DNA of 64,000 bases from Sphagnum compactum (lineage: Eukaryota). Of this stretch, positions 1 through 13,700 are shown piece after piece. Every line of letters starts with the position of its first letter. Within the stretch, counting starts at the first letter, position 1. A program made the translations under genes and the position numbers. Below the pieces are notes generated by a model that saw nothing but the letters and a program-made list of their open reading frames with translations, ran no database searches and was not told the origin of the DNA. Where the stretch lies: assembly GCA_965153455.1 (NCBI GenBank), contig OZ234493.1, positions 5,270,001 through 5,334,000 on the forward strand, given 5' to 3'.

Positions 1-2900
1 TCAATACAAGTGACACCATGAGGAACATACCTTCTAAGGGTTTTGAGTTCGTATTATAAGAAGCCCTGTTGACAACACTAGGAGCCCCATTCTCTTGTTG
101 TTTCTCCTGTTCCTTTCTATTCTTTGTGGACTCTTCATGGAACTCGAGGACTCGTTCGTTATCAAGCACCACCCAACAACCACTACTATTTAGGTGGAAT
201 AGACCAAACGAATTTCATGTATCCAAGGTATGGCATTACCCAATTTCATATGGTAATGTGTATGTCAAGAAGCTAGAGGTTGTAGAACTTTGTTTGACAA
301 AATGTTTTTTTCCTTTCACAACAAACAGTGCAATTGACCAATTCAACTGGCAATTTACCCATCTTGAAGAGCATTATGGCAAGGGTGGGGAATATAATCG
401 TGCTTTTGAGTGACAACATGCTTTTCTACCAAGGTGAGGCATATTCGATACTCATTAATCAGTTTACTTGTGCAACACCATTTTACAAAAGCAAAAACTA
501 AAATAAGAGGTTGTAGACCATATGTGTGTACTCACTCAATTGAAGGTCTAACATTTGACATTATTAGCTCTCATGATCTAATCACATAATATAGATGTTG
601 TGACTTGTTCATTACAACAAAAGGTGTCCTTGTACGTTAAGTGATTTCACTGGGCAAATAAATTATGGACATACTTCATAGTAGATGAGCTCCCCGACAT
701 CTTCCTTGTTGATCCTTTATCTTTCAAATTCAAATTCCATTTTAGTTAAAGGTTCTTGGTCAACTTTTGCAAGTCCTTTGAAATAAGGATCTGCCAAAGC
801 CTGCACAAGACATGTAACAAACTTATTATAGAGTGTACTTACAATGAAGCCCCTAAGAAAATGCCAGATTTAGATTATTGTTCCATACTAGATTCAGATT
901 TTATAATCCATAGTGCAGAGTGCAAAATTCTCACGTCTAAAGTTTGGTGATCATCTATCTAGCTACCTCTTCTATTGTAAACCGGTCTTTTGGGTCAAAT
1001 GTAAGCAATCTTTCCAAAATTCAAACTCCCAGAGGGTTTGCATTGGCAAAAATATTCCTAATAGACTAATGGCTTCAGCAAATGCACATAGAATAATTCT
1101 AGTGCTTAAAATAGGCAAAGATCATTACCAGCTTCAATCAATCAAGTCAAATTTTCAGAGATTAAGAGCCCAAATCTTCTTTTAGAACCCTAACAACAAC
1201 ATAAACTTAATATGAACATAAAATAGTCACTCAAATAATGATGAAAATTCTTGGAAATTCCACAACCAACACCTCATGACATGTTGATATCATGGAAATG
1301 GAAATGTCTAACGGTTTGTGCATAAGCATCATCAGTACATCAAAAAAAGTTCAGAGGCATGGATTTACATAACCCCAAACCCTAATTTCAAACCTAATCA
1401 ATCCCTCTGAGTAAAATCCTATTTGACAAGGGACCCGTGGGACTCCACAACCACTAATCTAATCTAAATTTTAAAATGCGTAATCCTCAAAAGGGGATCA
1501 AGGGGAATAAAACAAAAACCACCTTGACATGTGCCTCATAGTTATTGGGATTGCCAGCCACTGCAACCTCCAACTGCTCCAGTTGCACACTACCTTGCCC
1601 ATCATCACTCTCGTCTTCAGAGCCGAAATCGAAAGCCTTAGAGCTAGGATCATCATTTTCATCATCCTTGTGTTGGCCCCCACTAGCAGCATGTATAGAA
1701 TGTAGTGAAACAACATTAATAAGGTCTTCCCCTGCAAGAAGGATGGATTTCAGTTATAATTGTTTGCACAATCCCAACAATGATAGTATTAACCATAGTA
1801 ACCAAGATTGCATAGCTAAAGGCCAGAGTTCAAAGAACACACTATTGTTAACTTATAAATGGACCAATTAACTTACAACTGCATAGATCGATCCATAGGA
1901 GGATTAGCAAAAATCAACTACAACGCATCAATCTTAGGTTTCCAAAAACATTGTACACATATGATAATTCCTTTCAATCAACGCAATTTGTTGTTAGTAC
2001 TCTACCTTTTCACAGGCTAACAATTGAATTCAAAATAACTGCCACAACAATCAAACACATATCATACAGAAAGGGAAGGGAACGACATCATGGCACTGGC
2101 CAAAGTACTATAACTTTTATTCTTCTTGAAACAAAATAAACTTCTATACACCCCCCCCCCTCGTGCACCCACCCACCCACCCACCATCTCCTCCATATGC
2201 ATATTCATTCAAATCCACAAGTATAAAGTTGTTAGATGATCATTGGTTGTCTTAATAACAATTCCAATGATGACACCATGTTGCACTTGTCAATCATGAT
2301 CAATGAGCAAAACTTTCAATTTATACACAATGGGTGGCATGACTTATGAGTCCCAAAACCGACAATCCCAACAAACATAGTAATCCTGACAAACAATGCA
2401 ACTTTGCATTATGCATTAGGATCTCTATGTGGGCCAAATACTTATGGAATAAAGACCCAAATATCACATAATAGAAACAAAGAACAAGATTTTATGTTCT
2501 TGTTTTCTTGAAATGCAATGATTGTTATGCACATCTGACCAGTAGGTAAATACAAACTTTCACAAAGAAATATGATCCAATGTATTAATAACAAAACAAT
2601 TGGAAATCACAGTCCATTACGATTCAATGGAGGTAATAACATGTTTGATGCCATCATCTACATGAGCAGAAAGCTTACAAATAATTCATTGCCCTGGACC
2701 TTATGATTTGATGGCAACATGGGGAATTTGATGGCCCTTACATGACAAACATGTATGTAAGCAACCTAGGACCTACTTAACAAAACATATGAAGAACCTA
2801 ACTTGCCCCAACTTTAGTAGTAATGTCCAGACACTACTATGTCACCTATACAAAATTGTTGCCCCCATTGGCAAGTGAGAGTTTGATCAAACACGAAGCA
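1..2900 (-). pseudogene. Heavily decayed, probably transposon-derived coding remnant of unassigned family
   Basis: Stop-riddled minus-strand peptide fragments, e.g. QWGQQFCIGDIVVSGHYY*SWGKLGSSYVLL (~2780-2880) and a Cys-rich CIVCQDYYVCWDC patch (~2360-2400). No intact ORF and no termini found. Confidence 0.25.
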
Positions 2901-4956
2901 AGTTTGTGTGCATAGTAGGATGTAGAAGTCTGCCCCTTCTTCATTTCCTTCCTTTTATAAATAATAAATAATAAAGTTTAAATAAAAAATAATTATTCAA
3001 GTATTGTAATTCTAACTTATAAATAAATTAAACAATTACAATGATTTCATTTTCAATCTTCATAAATAAGATTCAATTCAATGTGAATTCAATAGTGCTT
3101 TCATTAAATAATTAACAAAGATATTTTTATTGCATAAAACATATGTTCAATTTTGAAAAATTGTCAATTTTGTTTTCCTCAATATGATTATGGACAATTT
3201 TTAAAAAAACCTTTTGTGATGATATTCAAAATGTAATCACCCATAAATAGTTTTACCCACATTTGCATGTAGAAGAATTATAGACTTGTAAAATTTTTAA
3301 TTTCTTTCAATATTCATTGAAAATTTATCAATTTTAAATTTGATAAAATGTGAGTTTTTTGGGAAAAAGCCATTGTTCGTGTTCCCCCCCTTTAAATTGG
3401 CAAAATTTAGCCACTAAATAAATAAATATATATATATGACCATTTGTTCTCAAAATCATATTTGTTTAACAACATTAGTTATAAATTAATAAAAATGATT
3501 AATTTGCACAACTTTGAAAAAAAATTCACAACATATTATTTATATTATTATTTCTAAAAATGTAGCAATACATGTTACCTTTGTAAAAAAAAAGAAACAT
3601 GATTTGGTGATATTTTGGCATTAAATAGTTGGATTACCTCCCCCTCAAGTCTACAATATCTTTAGTGGCTAAATTTTGCAAGTTGGTGGTTCTTTTAGGG
3701 GAATTAAAAAAAAATTAAAATTCAAAAAACAATTTCGAGGGGGTCTTTTAAAAAATAAAAAATAAATGTGAGTAAAAGTATAAAGTACTATATATTAGTT
3801 ATTGGGTAAAAGGTGTAATTTAATTATTTATAAAATATGATATTATATATTCAAAAATTACATTAATAAAAATTATTTAATATTTATAATTTTAAAAAAT
3901 AGTTGGTTTAAATATGTGTATATTTAAATTATGTAATAATAGGGTAAAAAATAGGTTAAATAATCATCTAAAACATTCCAAAAAATGTCATATTTGATGC
4001 ACATGGTTTAAAATTCCAACATTTAATGACCCCTATGAGAATAATGCAAGTTTAATGAATCATTGCCACAAAATTGAAAATAATAGTATTAACAATATGT
4101 TGATCTCATTATTATGATATCACCATTTTTTTAAATTAAAAATAATAATTAGAATAATTCATCTCTAAATATTTAAAGATAAATTTGTAACAAGACAAGT
4201 TTTAAAAAAATGTTGAATATGATAAACTATAAATAAAAATATACCCAAAAAACAAATCTAACTAGTAATGGATTTAACACATTCAAAATTAATTATTCAA
4301 CTCATGTGCAAATGTTGATAATTCAATGGATGTGAGGTCATTATAAATTATTGCTTCTGTTTTATTAAATTATGATAAAATGTAAAATACAACCCATGAG
4401 CAATGGTTTCAACATGACAAAATTGTATAATTCAATTCATGTACCATGTTGATAGTTGAAGAAATGTAAAGAAAATCATTGACCATTACAGTGCAATGTG
4501 TAAATAAAATTAAATGTTACCTTATTTTTTACATCAACAATTTGAAATTATTAAAAAATAAAGTAAAGTGACTTCTTATGTAAGTGCAAGGTGTGGCTTA
4601 TGAGTAACATTTTCCACTTGTTATCAAACCTTGATTCAATTTATGTTAGATGTTAATAGTTGAAAAATTGTTTAAAAAATGATTAAACAATATTACCACT
4701 TTTGCACGGAGTCTAAGGTTAAGATATTTTATATGTCAGAATTTTTTCCACTATTATAAAATTCAACGTGGAGGAAAAAATCTAGTGCTAGTGAACAAGA
4801 CAATCATTGTTTTCACTATGGAAATTATGCACAAATAACTAAAAAATAATTTCACTTGCTATTTGTGCATGATGATAATAAGTCAAATAGTGGTCAAATT
4901 GGACAAATAGTTGCAATATGTGGCAGTGAAAAAGCCTAAGAGTTCAACTTACATTA

Positions 4957-5459
4957 TCTATTATATAATTCCGCTCAGTCCTTATTATGGTACTTTTGAA
5001 TGGTCCTCCACTCAGTAACTTTGTGGACAGGGGCCTGGGAGAATGGGAGTGGCTGGGGCCTGGGAGTACTAATTTTTTTTTTTTAATATATTAATTCCGC
5101 TCATGGTCCTCCAAAATGGTACTTTTGAATGGCACTTTGTTACACACAGCCGATCACTTTGTGTAACACGCCCAAAAACCTACCTACTTTGGTTTTGGCT
5201 CCCTCCTTCTTTCCCCATTCGTTCAATTACCCTCCCTTTTTCTCTTCCGTTCCTCTCAACCACACTCTCACTGCGTTCCCTCTTTGTTACACACAGCCGA
5301 TCACTTTGTGTAACACGCCTCGCTCAAGCGTCGGGCAAGACAAAAAGCACTCGCTGCGCCTCCACCTTCCACTCTGCCTGAAACCTTGCCCTCTCAAGAA
5401 TCTCTGAGGTCACGTCACGGGGGACTTCACAGTGGCCTTCGGCCACGGGCACCCACTAG
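4957..5459 (+). mobile_element. Non-autonomous Helitron (503 bp)
   Basis: Starts TCTATTATATA directly after an A (4956) and ends CTAG directly before a T (5460). Hairpin GTGGCC-TTC-GGCCAC (5432-5446) lies about 10 bp before the end. No TSD. GC-rich island in AT-rich flanks. Confidence 0.85.
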
Positions 5460-6368
5460 TTTGCATTAATTGTGTTCATTATTTGTATTGTAAAAAACAT
5501 AGATGTCATGCACATTATTTAACCACGAATGTTATAAGCCTATTCGTATTGTTTAAACATAGATGTTGTATGTCTATTCATGTTGTCTACACATGAAAGT
5601 TGTGCACATGACTTTCGTATTTAAATAATGCATGACATTCATGTTTAAATACATGAATTTATGAAATAATATATTTTGCATAGATTTGAAACCCATGAAA
5701 CGTATAACTTGTGATGGTATTTAGGAATATGAATGTTTTTACATCTGATACGTTACCTTTATTATTTAAATGAATAAGGGATTGTGTAAATGATAAACAC
5801 CTATAATCTATACTTATATATATTTTAAAATATATACCTTTATTATTTAATTCTAAAAAATCACTACATTTATATCTAGGTGTAAAATATCATTTGCTCC
5901 TAAAAAATAATTGAAAGGTCTTTCCACCTTTCATGATGTACATATGCTTAAACTTGTGACAAGGTTGGTTTCATATTTTACAAAGGGTAAAACTAATAGA
6001 CAAAAGGCCATTTCAAAATATGAGATAGTAATAGGGGAAAAAAACATTCCAAAGATGTAAGGCCAAGACTATCACCTTGTTTTAGGCACTTTATTTTGAG
6101 AAAGTCCCTCACCATGTAGGTTGACCTTACATTTATTGTAAATATAGGAACATTTGGTTATGTGTTTGTTTTGAAACAATTTAAGAAAAAACCATGTACA
6201 AGGCAATTGTAAAAGAAATGAGAGAAGGAAGGTGAAAAGAACAGGAAGACAAATGATAAAAGATAACAACAAATATAAGGGTTTCAACAAATTGAATAGT
6301 TCAAGAAGTTGTTGCGAAATGTGCTAAAACACAAATTGTTATAACTTGAATTTTAATCATTATAAGGG

Positions 6369-6816
6369 TGTCATAGGCACACAAATTACAAAGATAAATG
6401 ACAAAAAAACAAGTTTAAGTTTAAATCCAAAATACGAAATAAACAAACCGAGATTACATAAAGGTTATAACCAATAACACAAAATGTGCAAGAACAAAGT
6501 ACACACATATATTTATTGTAATAAAATAAAAAACGTGAACACAAAAAGAACTTAATATGGAACTATTATGTAAGATCATATTTCAAACTAATGTTGAATA
6601 AACTAAAGGAATGGGGGGTTTTAAATTTATAACCCTTTTGGAAACTTAATTCAATTTTTTTCATAAATGTTTCCATGTGCCTATCGACTAAGGAAACTTT
6701 TTAAAAGGCTTATTAATTACAAGTTAATTAAGAATGAACTAATAGTTAACTATGGTCATGGATGAACATTCATATGAATGAATTCCATTTGTCATGTGAA
6801 AATGGCGTGCATGACA
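6369..6816 (-). mobile_element. Solo LTR related to the chromovirus LTR at 25807-26507
   Basis: TGTCAT...ATGACA termini. Shares blocks with 25807-26507 (aaactaatgttgaa.a.actaaaggaa; gtcatggatga.catt.a.atgaatgaattccat). Flanks aaggg/aaaga are a degenerate 5-bp TSD candidate. Confidence 0.7.
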
Positions 6817-7124
6817 AAAGAAGGTAGGTGATCAATTTCATTACGATTTTTAGGCAAACTTGTGAACAAATATATATGTACAAATACAAGGCATGAATCT
6901 TGGATTACACAATGGGGTTTTAACAAGAGGTTAAATAATAAGCACGGGCTAGGCAATAGGCATGAAAACATTAAATAGTAAAGTTGTTGCCTTCTAATGA
7001 CCAATCGCAAGAAAAAACAAAATATAATAACTTCAAACATAATAAAAGACTAATGTAACTAAGAGAGTTTAGAACATAAGATTATGGTGAATTTGAATAA
7101 CAAAAGAATGGAAGGGACATAAGC

Positions 7125-7555
7125 CCACAATGATCTAGAGGAACGCTAAGAACATAATTATTATAAGGAACACAATACCACAATGATAATTAATAACACA
7201 AAAATATGACCATCAAGATGAACCCCATACCATGGTGATTAAAAAGAACACAAAACCATGGTGCATATAAAAACACCAAGAACATTAAAAAGGAACATTA
7301 AACCATAATGATTAAAAATAACATCGAGAACATGATGATGATAAAGAGGAACACCAAAAGCATGGTAATTAAGAGGAAAACAAAAACATATTGATTAAGA
7401 GGAACACAAGAACATGGTGATGAAAAACACTAAAACCATGGTGACTAGGAGGAACACAAAGACCGCAACGATCAAAAGGAACACTAAACCATGATAATTA
7501 AAAGGAACATGAAGACCACAATGAGGAACACTAGAACCATGACATTAAGAAAAAC
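7125..7555. repeat. Degenerate ~27-bp tandem repeat (gaggaacac.aa.accatggtgattaa)
   Basis: Roughly 15 diverged copies seen directly. Confidence 0.75.
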
Positions 7556-9630
7556 AATTCTTACACACAAAATTTTAAAAACTTGCACAAATGCTTAGTG
7601 AATGAGATGATTTCACACCTATTACCAATTTTTTCAAACTTTAAATTAGTTTAAATTTTAGCCATATGTTTAAAAGTGAACAATTAATTTGAAAAAAATT
7701 GATCGTTGTTTTCCTCGTTGACCTCAACGATGAAACTAGGTAGAATCATTAGTCAACATATGATTGTTTGGTTATAGGTGGCAAAGTAAACTTTCATGGG
7801 TTATTATGTGTATGAAAGGTTTTTTTCTCATTTTTGACCATTCAAATTTTAGAGGGGCATATTTTTCTCATTTTTTTAGATGTTTTGATAAATTTAAAGT
7901 TGGGTGCGTGCGTTATAATCCTATTCATTTTATTTTTAAACCCCATAAACAAAGGAAACGAATCGAATTAGAAGGAAATGACTAATCCATTAAATGTTTA
8001 GTAAGGAACCATTCTTCTTTAATGTACATAATAAAGTCTTGATAATAAGGTTTTATTCGATGTAAAAATGGGGGCAAGCTAATAGGGTGGGAATTTATGA
8101 AACATAATTTTCCATGCTAGTAGAAGGAGCCCTTTTTGCATCACAAGATGCAATGCCTTCTTACAAGGTCATTACAAATAATATAACCTCCTCGTGGAAG
8201 ACCATGTTTAAAATATAATATGCATGTAACCAATGAGATGATTGAACATACACCAAAGAAGATTTTTTGTCCTTTGAGGGAGGGGTGTGAGGATGGACTT
8301 TTTTTCTTGTGTTCCCATATGTTCCCAATGATGTTCCTCAAGTTCTCAGTGTGTTCCCCAAGGGTGTTCCCAATAACACCTTCTTCTTATCCCATACCTT
8401 TTGCCCAAAGTTCTCCCCTTTTGACCTATATAGGTGACCCAAAGGGAAAACACCCTCTCTTCACATAAAAATTGTTATTTTGGGGAGCTTTCCAAGTTTC
8501 AAATTTTTTATACAAACGGGCCAATCAAACGGGCCATTAAATAATAATAATAATAACTTGGGATATTTAAATATTATTTAATTTAGTTGTTGAATAATAA
8601 CAATAATAAACTTGGGAGGCAGTTCATTTAATGAATATCATAGCCTAGGTTTAGTTTCCACACCGACAAAAGGTATAATTATTTTTTTCAAAAAATGAAT
8701 TTGTTTTTAAAATTTGAAATTATATTTTTTCCATCATTTACTCTACTAATGTGATATGAGTAGTGAAATTATTCAAAGCGTAGCCTACGCTAATTATGAT
8801 GATTTTCAACATGTCAACTTCATATTTTTCACAAAAATTCATTTCATTCTTTTGAGGATTATCTAACGACAAAACTGACCTTAGGGTAAGGTAGGTATCA
8901 ATTATCAACGCCAAGTTCATACCTGCCATATACTACCAGGAAAAAATCAGCCTGGGACCCAGGGGATGAGGCCTTTCCCTTGCACGTAATGGAGGCTGTC
9001 AAGTGGAGATTCGAGAACCCAGATGGCGTTCAAGTCGTAACCCTAACCCTAGGCCTGGAGTGAAGGAATCACCGTCCATTGTGGGAAGTGAAATCCAACT
9101 GTCAAAGAAAATGAAATCCTGTCCATTTGGCCGTCGGATTCATCTTGTTGCAATCGCGCCGTTTATGGATACCCTAGGAACTTGGTACCGTGACCGTCAG
9201 ATCGCAACGATTGTTTAGATGGCCGTTGATAGCAAGCCTTTGCGGCATTCGTGTCGTCCTCCTTCCCTTGCTGCCGCCTTTAGCCGAAACCTCGCTAACT
9301 CTCTTGATTTCTGATGAAGTTGCTGCTGTAGCGTTTGGATTGTGCGAGGAGCATCGGACTTTGATCGATCTACTTAGACAGCGATCTCACTTCGCGCTTT
9401 TTCATTGCCTAGTGCTGATTTTCTGGCTCTTCGGACCGAAAAACAAAAAAAAGAACAAGAAACTGAAGTCTTATTTTTTAGACGGTTGCCGTTTCCTGGC
9501 GGTCACTTTCTTTAGAAGAGCAGTAGTATCAAGATACATATTCGCCATACATACATATTCACCTTCTTGTGGTTTTTCTTGCCTGGCTGTGTTGGTTTTG
9601 CTCGTCGGAAAGCCGCGCGGGCACCAGCCG

Positions 9631-10146
9631 TTGACGCTCCGCTGCCTCACAATTGAAGGCCGTATGTACACTCACCCTACTGCTTGGTTTTGCTTTAGCA
9701 TATGATATCTCTAATTTGCTCGTGGATTTTGCATTAGCATATGATATCTTTGTTTCACTTGATGTAGTTGATTACGTCTCTTGTATGGACCTTGATCTCG
9801 TCGATCGGAAACATATTGCCTTTTCTTTGTTTACATTTTTCCCAGGGAAAAAAAAAGGAAAAAAGTTTGTAAGAAATACTGTTGGGGTAGATTTCATTTC
9901 TGTACCACTTTGTCTTGTTGCCTCTCGAAGTTTCAGTTGTAACCCCGGGCAAAAATAACTTTCTGATGCAGGGAGTGTGCATATTATGTGCAATGTAAGA
10001 CTGTATTCGTTTGGCTTTGTCTCTTTGACGTTTCGCCTTCTGCAGTTGTCTTTGTCAGCTGTAAGTTGTAGAGAGAATATAATCTGTTTTTTCTGTGTGC
10101 AGTGCACATATCAGGGCCCGGCCAGCTTCGACATTTGCGGCGTTGA
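9631..10146 (+). promoter_or_regulatory. Candidate spliced non-AUG uORF in the SR gene 5' leader
   Basis: Removing the intron 9662-10102 (GTATGT...TGCAG) gives ...LTLRCLTIEGLHISGPGQLRHLRR* with TGA at 10144-10146. The next donor is after 10150. No in-frame ATG upstream in the open frame. Confidence 0.45.
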
Positions 10147-10722
10147 AGAGGTAGCACACGTAAGGAGGGACATCCACCACCTCACTCTTGTGTAAACCTT
10201 TGTTCATTATAATTATAGATTGCTGCGAGGAGCTTGGACAAAGCGGGAGGGAGCTTAAAGTCAAGTATTTGAGTCAGTGAGCATGGGGGAGAGGGGAGTG
10301 GTGTGTCATTGGGGAGTAAGGGGAAAAAAAAAAGGAGACATGAATCCATGTGGAAAAGCAAAAGAGTCGAACATATTGGGATTATGCCCTTGTCTTAGTC
10401 GTGCATAGCTCGGGAGCTTCCTGGAGCAAAAGGAGGGAGCGATGGAGCTTGAGGGGCTTCGCTCGGACCAAATATGTCGCTCTTGGTTTGCCTCATAGCT
10501 TTTGCAAGAGCAGCTGTCTGCTAATGGAAAAATTCAAGACTTGCTTTCCACTAAACCATACCCCCGCTTGGTAGGAGATAATCATTAGACACAAAGACTA
10601 TGGTGTGATGAATCCAATGATGACACCTTCTCAATGTGTTTGTGGGGATGCTGGGTTTGTCCCCTTCTGTTTTTCTGTCTGAAGGTTATTTGCGACAGGA
10701 AGGAGTCCGCAGATCTCTGACA

Positions 10723-13700
10723 ATGAGCAGCCGTGCAAGCCGCACAATTTATGTTGGAAACCTCCCGGGTGATGTTCGGGAGCGAGAGATTGAAGACCTA
10801 TTTTACAAGGTACTGTGTGAGGGGTTACTGGTTCATAGAATGTGTGGATCCTAGAAGAAGTAGTCATTCTTGTTCTCACAAGGTTGTTGTCAGATCTTTA
10901 ATCTCTATAACTGAATTCTTCGGTTCATCCCTCATTTTATTCTAGCTGACTGTAAGTATGATGAGTACTGCTTCTGAAGACATCGTTTTGTTGGTGGCCT
11001 GGATCATATGCTGTTCACTCTCTTATAAGATGTGGAGTGACACGTTGTGTTCTGTGTCTTCATGCAGTATGGGCGTATTGTGGACATTGATCTGAAGCTA
11101 CCTCCACGGCCTCCTGGTTACTGTTTTATTGAGGTATTTTTCCCTTCTTTATTTATTGTCTGACTCAGATCATGTTAGCATGTCTATCTTTAGTTGTTCC
11201 TATGTGTAGTTTGTGTGGTGAAGGGGAGAACCCAAAAGCCTCTTATTAGTGGTGATGCATGCTCCTACCATATTGAGCGAACTTACATTCAAGAAAGTTA
11301 TATTTGATAGTCCCACCTTCTCTTCTTTTTTTAACATATATCTTGTCCAGTTCCTTGCTATTAACATGTGCTTCTGGCAGTTTGAGGATGCACGAGATGC
11401 AGAGGATGCAATTCGGGGGCGTGATGGGTACAACTTTGATCAAAACCGCCTGAGGGTATGTTTTATGAGTGTATTATATGCTTAATTATTGCATGTGTTT
11501 CTACCACGATACTCCTTTTTCACCCACCTCTGATTCTTTATTCCTCATGTGTTTGATGGTGAAACTATGGAGATTATATGGCCTGTACATTGGTTGTGCT
11601 CCTAATTTTAAGCAGTTGCAGTGCACAAAGGTGTCTGTGCTATGTTTGGAAGGCAACTAGCTTCAAAAGTTGACTTTATGCCACTGAATGTGATCATTTA
11701 GGTCGAACTTGCTCATGGGGGCCGGGGCCCTCCATCATCAGTGGACCGCCACAGCAGCTACAGCTACACCAGCACAGGGGGTGGCAGCCGCAGCGGTGGC
11801 GTGGACAGTGGAGGGCGTGCTGGTGGAGCTTCTCGCCGCTCAGAGTATAGAGGTTAGTTTTTGCAGGGTTATCCTGGTATCTTTTTGTTTGAGTTGTTTT
11901 ATTTTGAATAGCAGTTAGTATATGGAATGTGGAAGTATTAATTGTCTTTTGTGTTGTTGCAGTGATTGTTACTGGATTGCCCTCATCGGCTTCTTGGCAG
12001 GACTTGAAGGTGTGTTGGAAGTCATTGATTACTGTTGCTGTCATGAATTGGCTTAGAATTAACTTCCCCAATTAATGTTATGGACATGTTCCTCTGAAAG
12101 CATTGTGGCTATTTATACAGGACCACATGCGGAGGGCTGGAGATGTGTGTTTTGCACAAGTTTTCCGAGATGGCAGTGGTGAGTTTATAATCTGTCTTGC
12201 TGTGGTTTGCAAACTAGAAAGAGCCAGTGATAAATGTTGGTACATCTGGCTGGCCATTTGAATAGGTTGTATCAGTAATTTAAGCTCTGAAGAATTTATT
12301 GCTTTTTGGGTTTTGCAGCTGGCACAATGGGTATTGTGGATTTCACCAACTATGACGATATGAAATATGCAGTATGTTTTGCATTCTTCTTCTCTGGCTT
12401 TTCTTCATCCTGGCATTGGGGAAGTGCTTGTTCGTAGTATGAATACATTTGCAGAGTTTTTTTTTAATGGGTGCTGCTGATTTTTTCCCAGCAAACTTTT
12501 TCTCACAAGCATCAAATGCTATGCAGATCAGGAAGCTGGATGATTCAGAATTTCGGAATCCCTTTTCACGATCATTTATCCGGGTATGTATGTTTGTGGA
12601 TGTAAGACTCCGTTCTGGAATAGTCAGATGGTGGTACTTATGCACTTCCCAATGCTAATCATTGATAGCTCGCAGTATTGCTAACTATAGTTGGTCTCCA
12701 GGTGAAAGAAGATAAGGGATATGGATCACGAAAGAGTGCATCACGAAGTCCCAGGTGTGATGTTTTTAACCTGTAGCAATCCAACCCATTATATAATCAT
12801 AGCTTTAATTATTGATTAATTATCAATTGCAAAGTACGTATTTCAGTCTCAAAGGTCCTCAACGTTTGTGCAGCCGGTCACGCAGCAAGTCTGCACGCAG
12901 TCGTTCACCATCTAGATCCATTTCTCCTCGATCTCGCTCACCTCCGTCGCGGTCTCGGTCACGCTCTATTCGCTCAGCCACAAGGTAAACATCAGTCCAC
13001 TTCATTTGACTTTTAGCTTGCACGCTCTGTCCAATAAAGTGTTATCGTGGATTTTCTGCTGCAATTTCCATGGATACACTTACGTTCCATTTTTACTGTG
13101 TTTTGCCAGCAATACTTTTGTTGCATCAGTTTCTTTTGTATGTGAAGTTCTCTGGTATTGGTATGTGCCTCATGTTCTCACTATCACTGGCTGGACATGT
13201 GTATTAGGTCTCCCTCGCGATCGCCTATACAACATTCGGTATGACTGCACAGACTCTTTTGATTACTTCTCTCTTGTGATCTTTGTCAAGTTTCAGTGTG
13301 AGCACAGTGCCTTGATGCTTAATTGTGCTGAAAGTGTCCCATGAATGAGGGTGCTCATGCAATTGAACTGAGTGCTTCCTACAGGCATCTCCTTTAAAGG
13401 ACCGTAGCAGGAGTGTTAGTGCAGACAATTCCCGATCTCCTTCTGTAAGTCCTTCCATGGTTTTCATCTTTGAAAATGGTGCCGTGTCTTCTCAGGAATC
13501 CTGTGATCTTGCTTGTGAACTCATATTCCTGGTGTTGTCCTGATATCACTTAAGTTTTTCTCAGCAAACATTGTGTAGAAGAGTCTCAAGTGTTCAGAAT
13601 TATTTGTGGCTGCAGAAGGTAGCGGAGAGGAGCTTACCCACTGGACACCAAAGCCATAGCCAAAGTCCTGAGTTGGGATATACTGTAGTGGCAGCCAATG

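Noticed and set aside
3400..3679. 19-bp perfect inverted repeat (gcaaaatttagccactaaa) as MITE ends
   Set aside because: No TSD. Similar motifs recur elsewhere (e.g. ~17505), so this is more likely two opposed copies of a dispersed repeat.
9190..9705. 171-aa ORF as a standalone gene
   Set aside because: GTG start, low-complexity leader composition, and it runs into an intron. Only its 3' part is kept as a uORF candidate.
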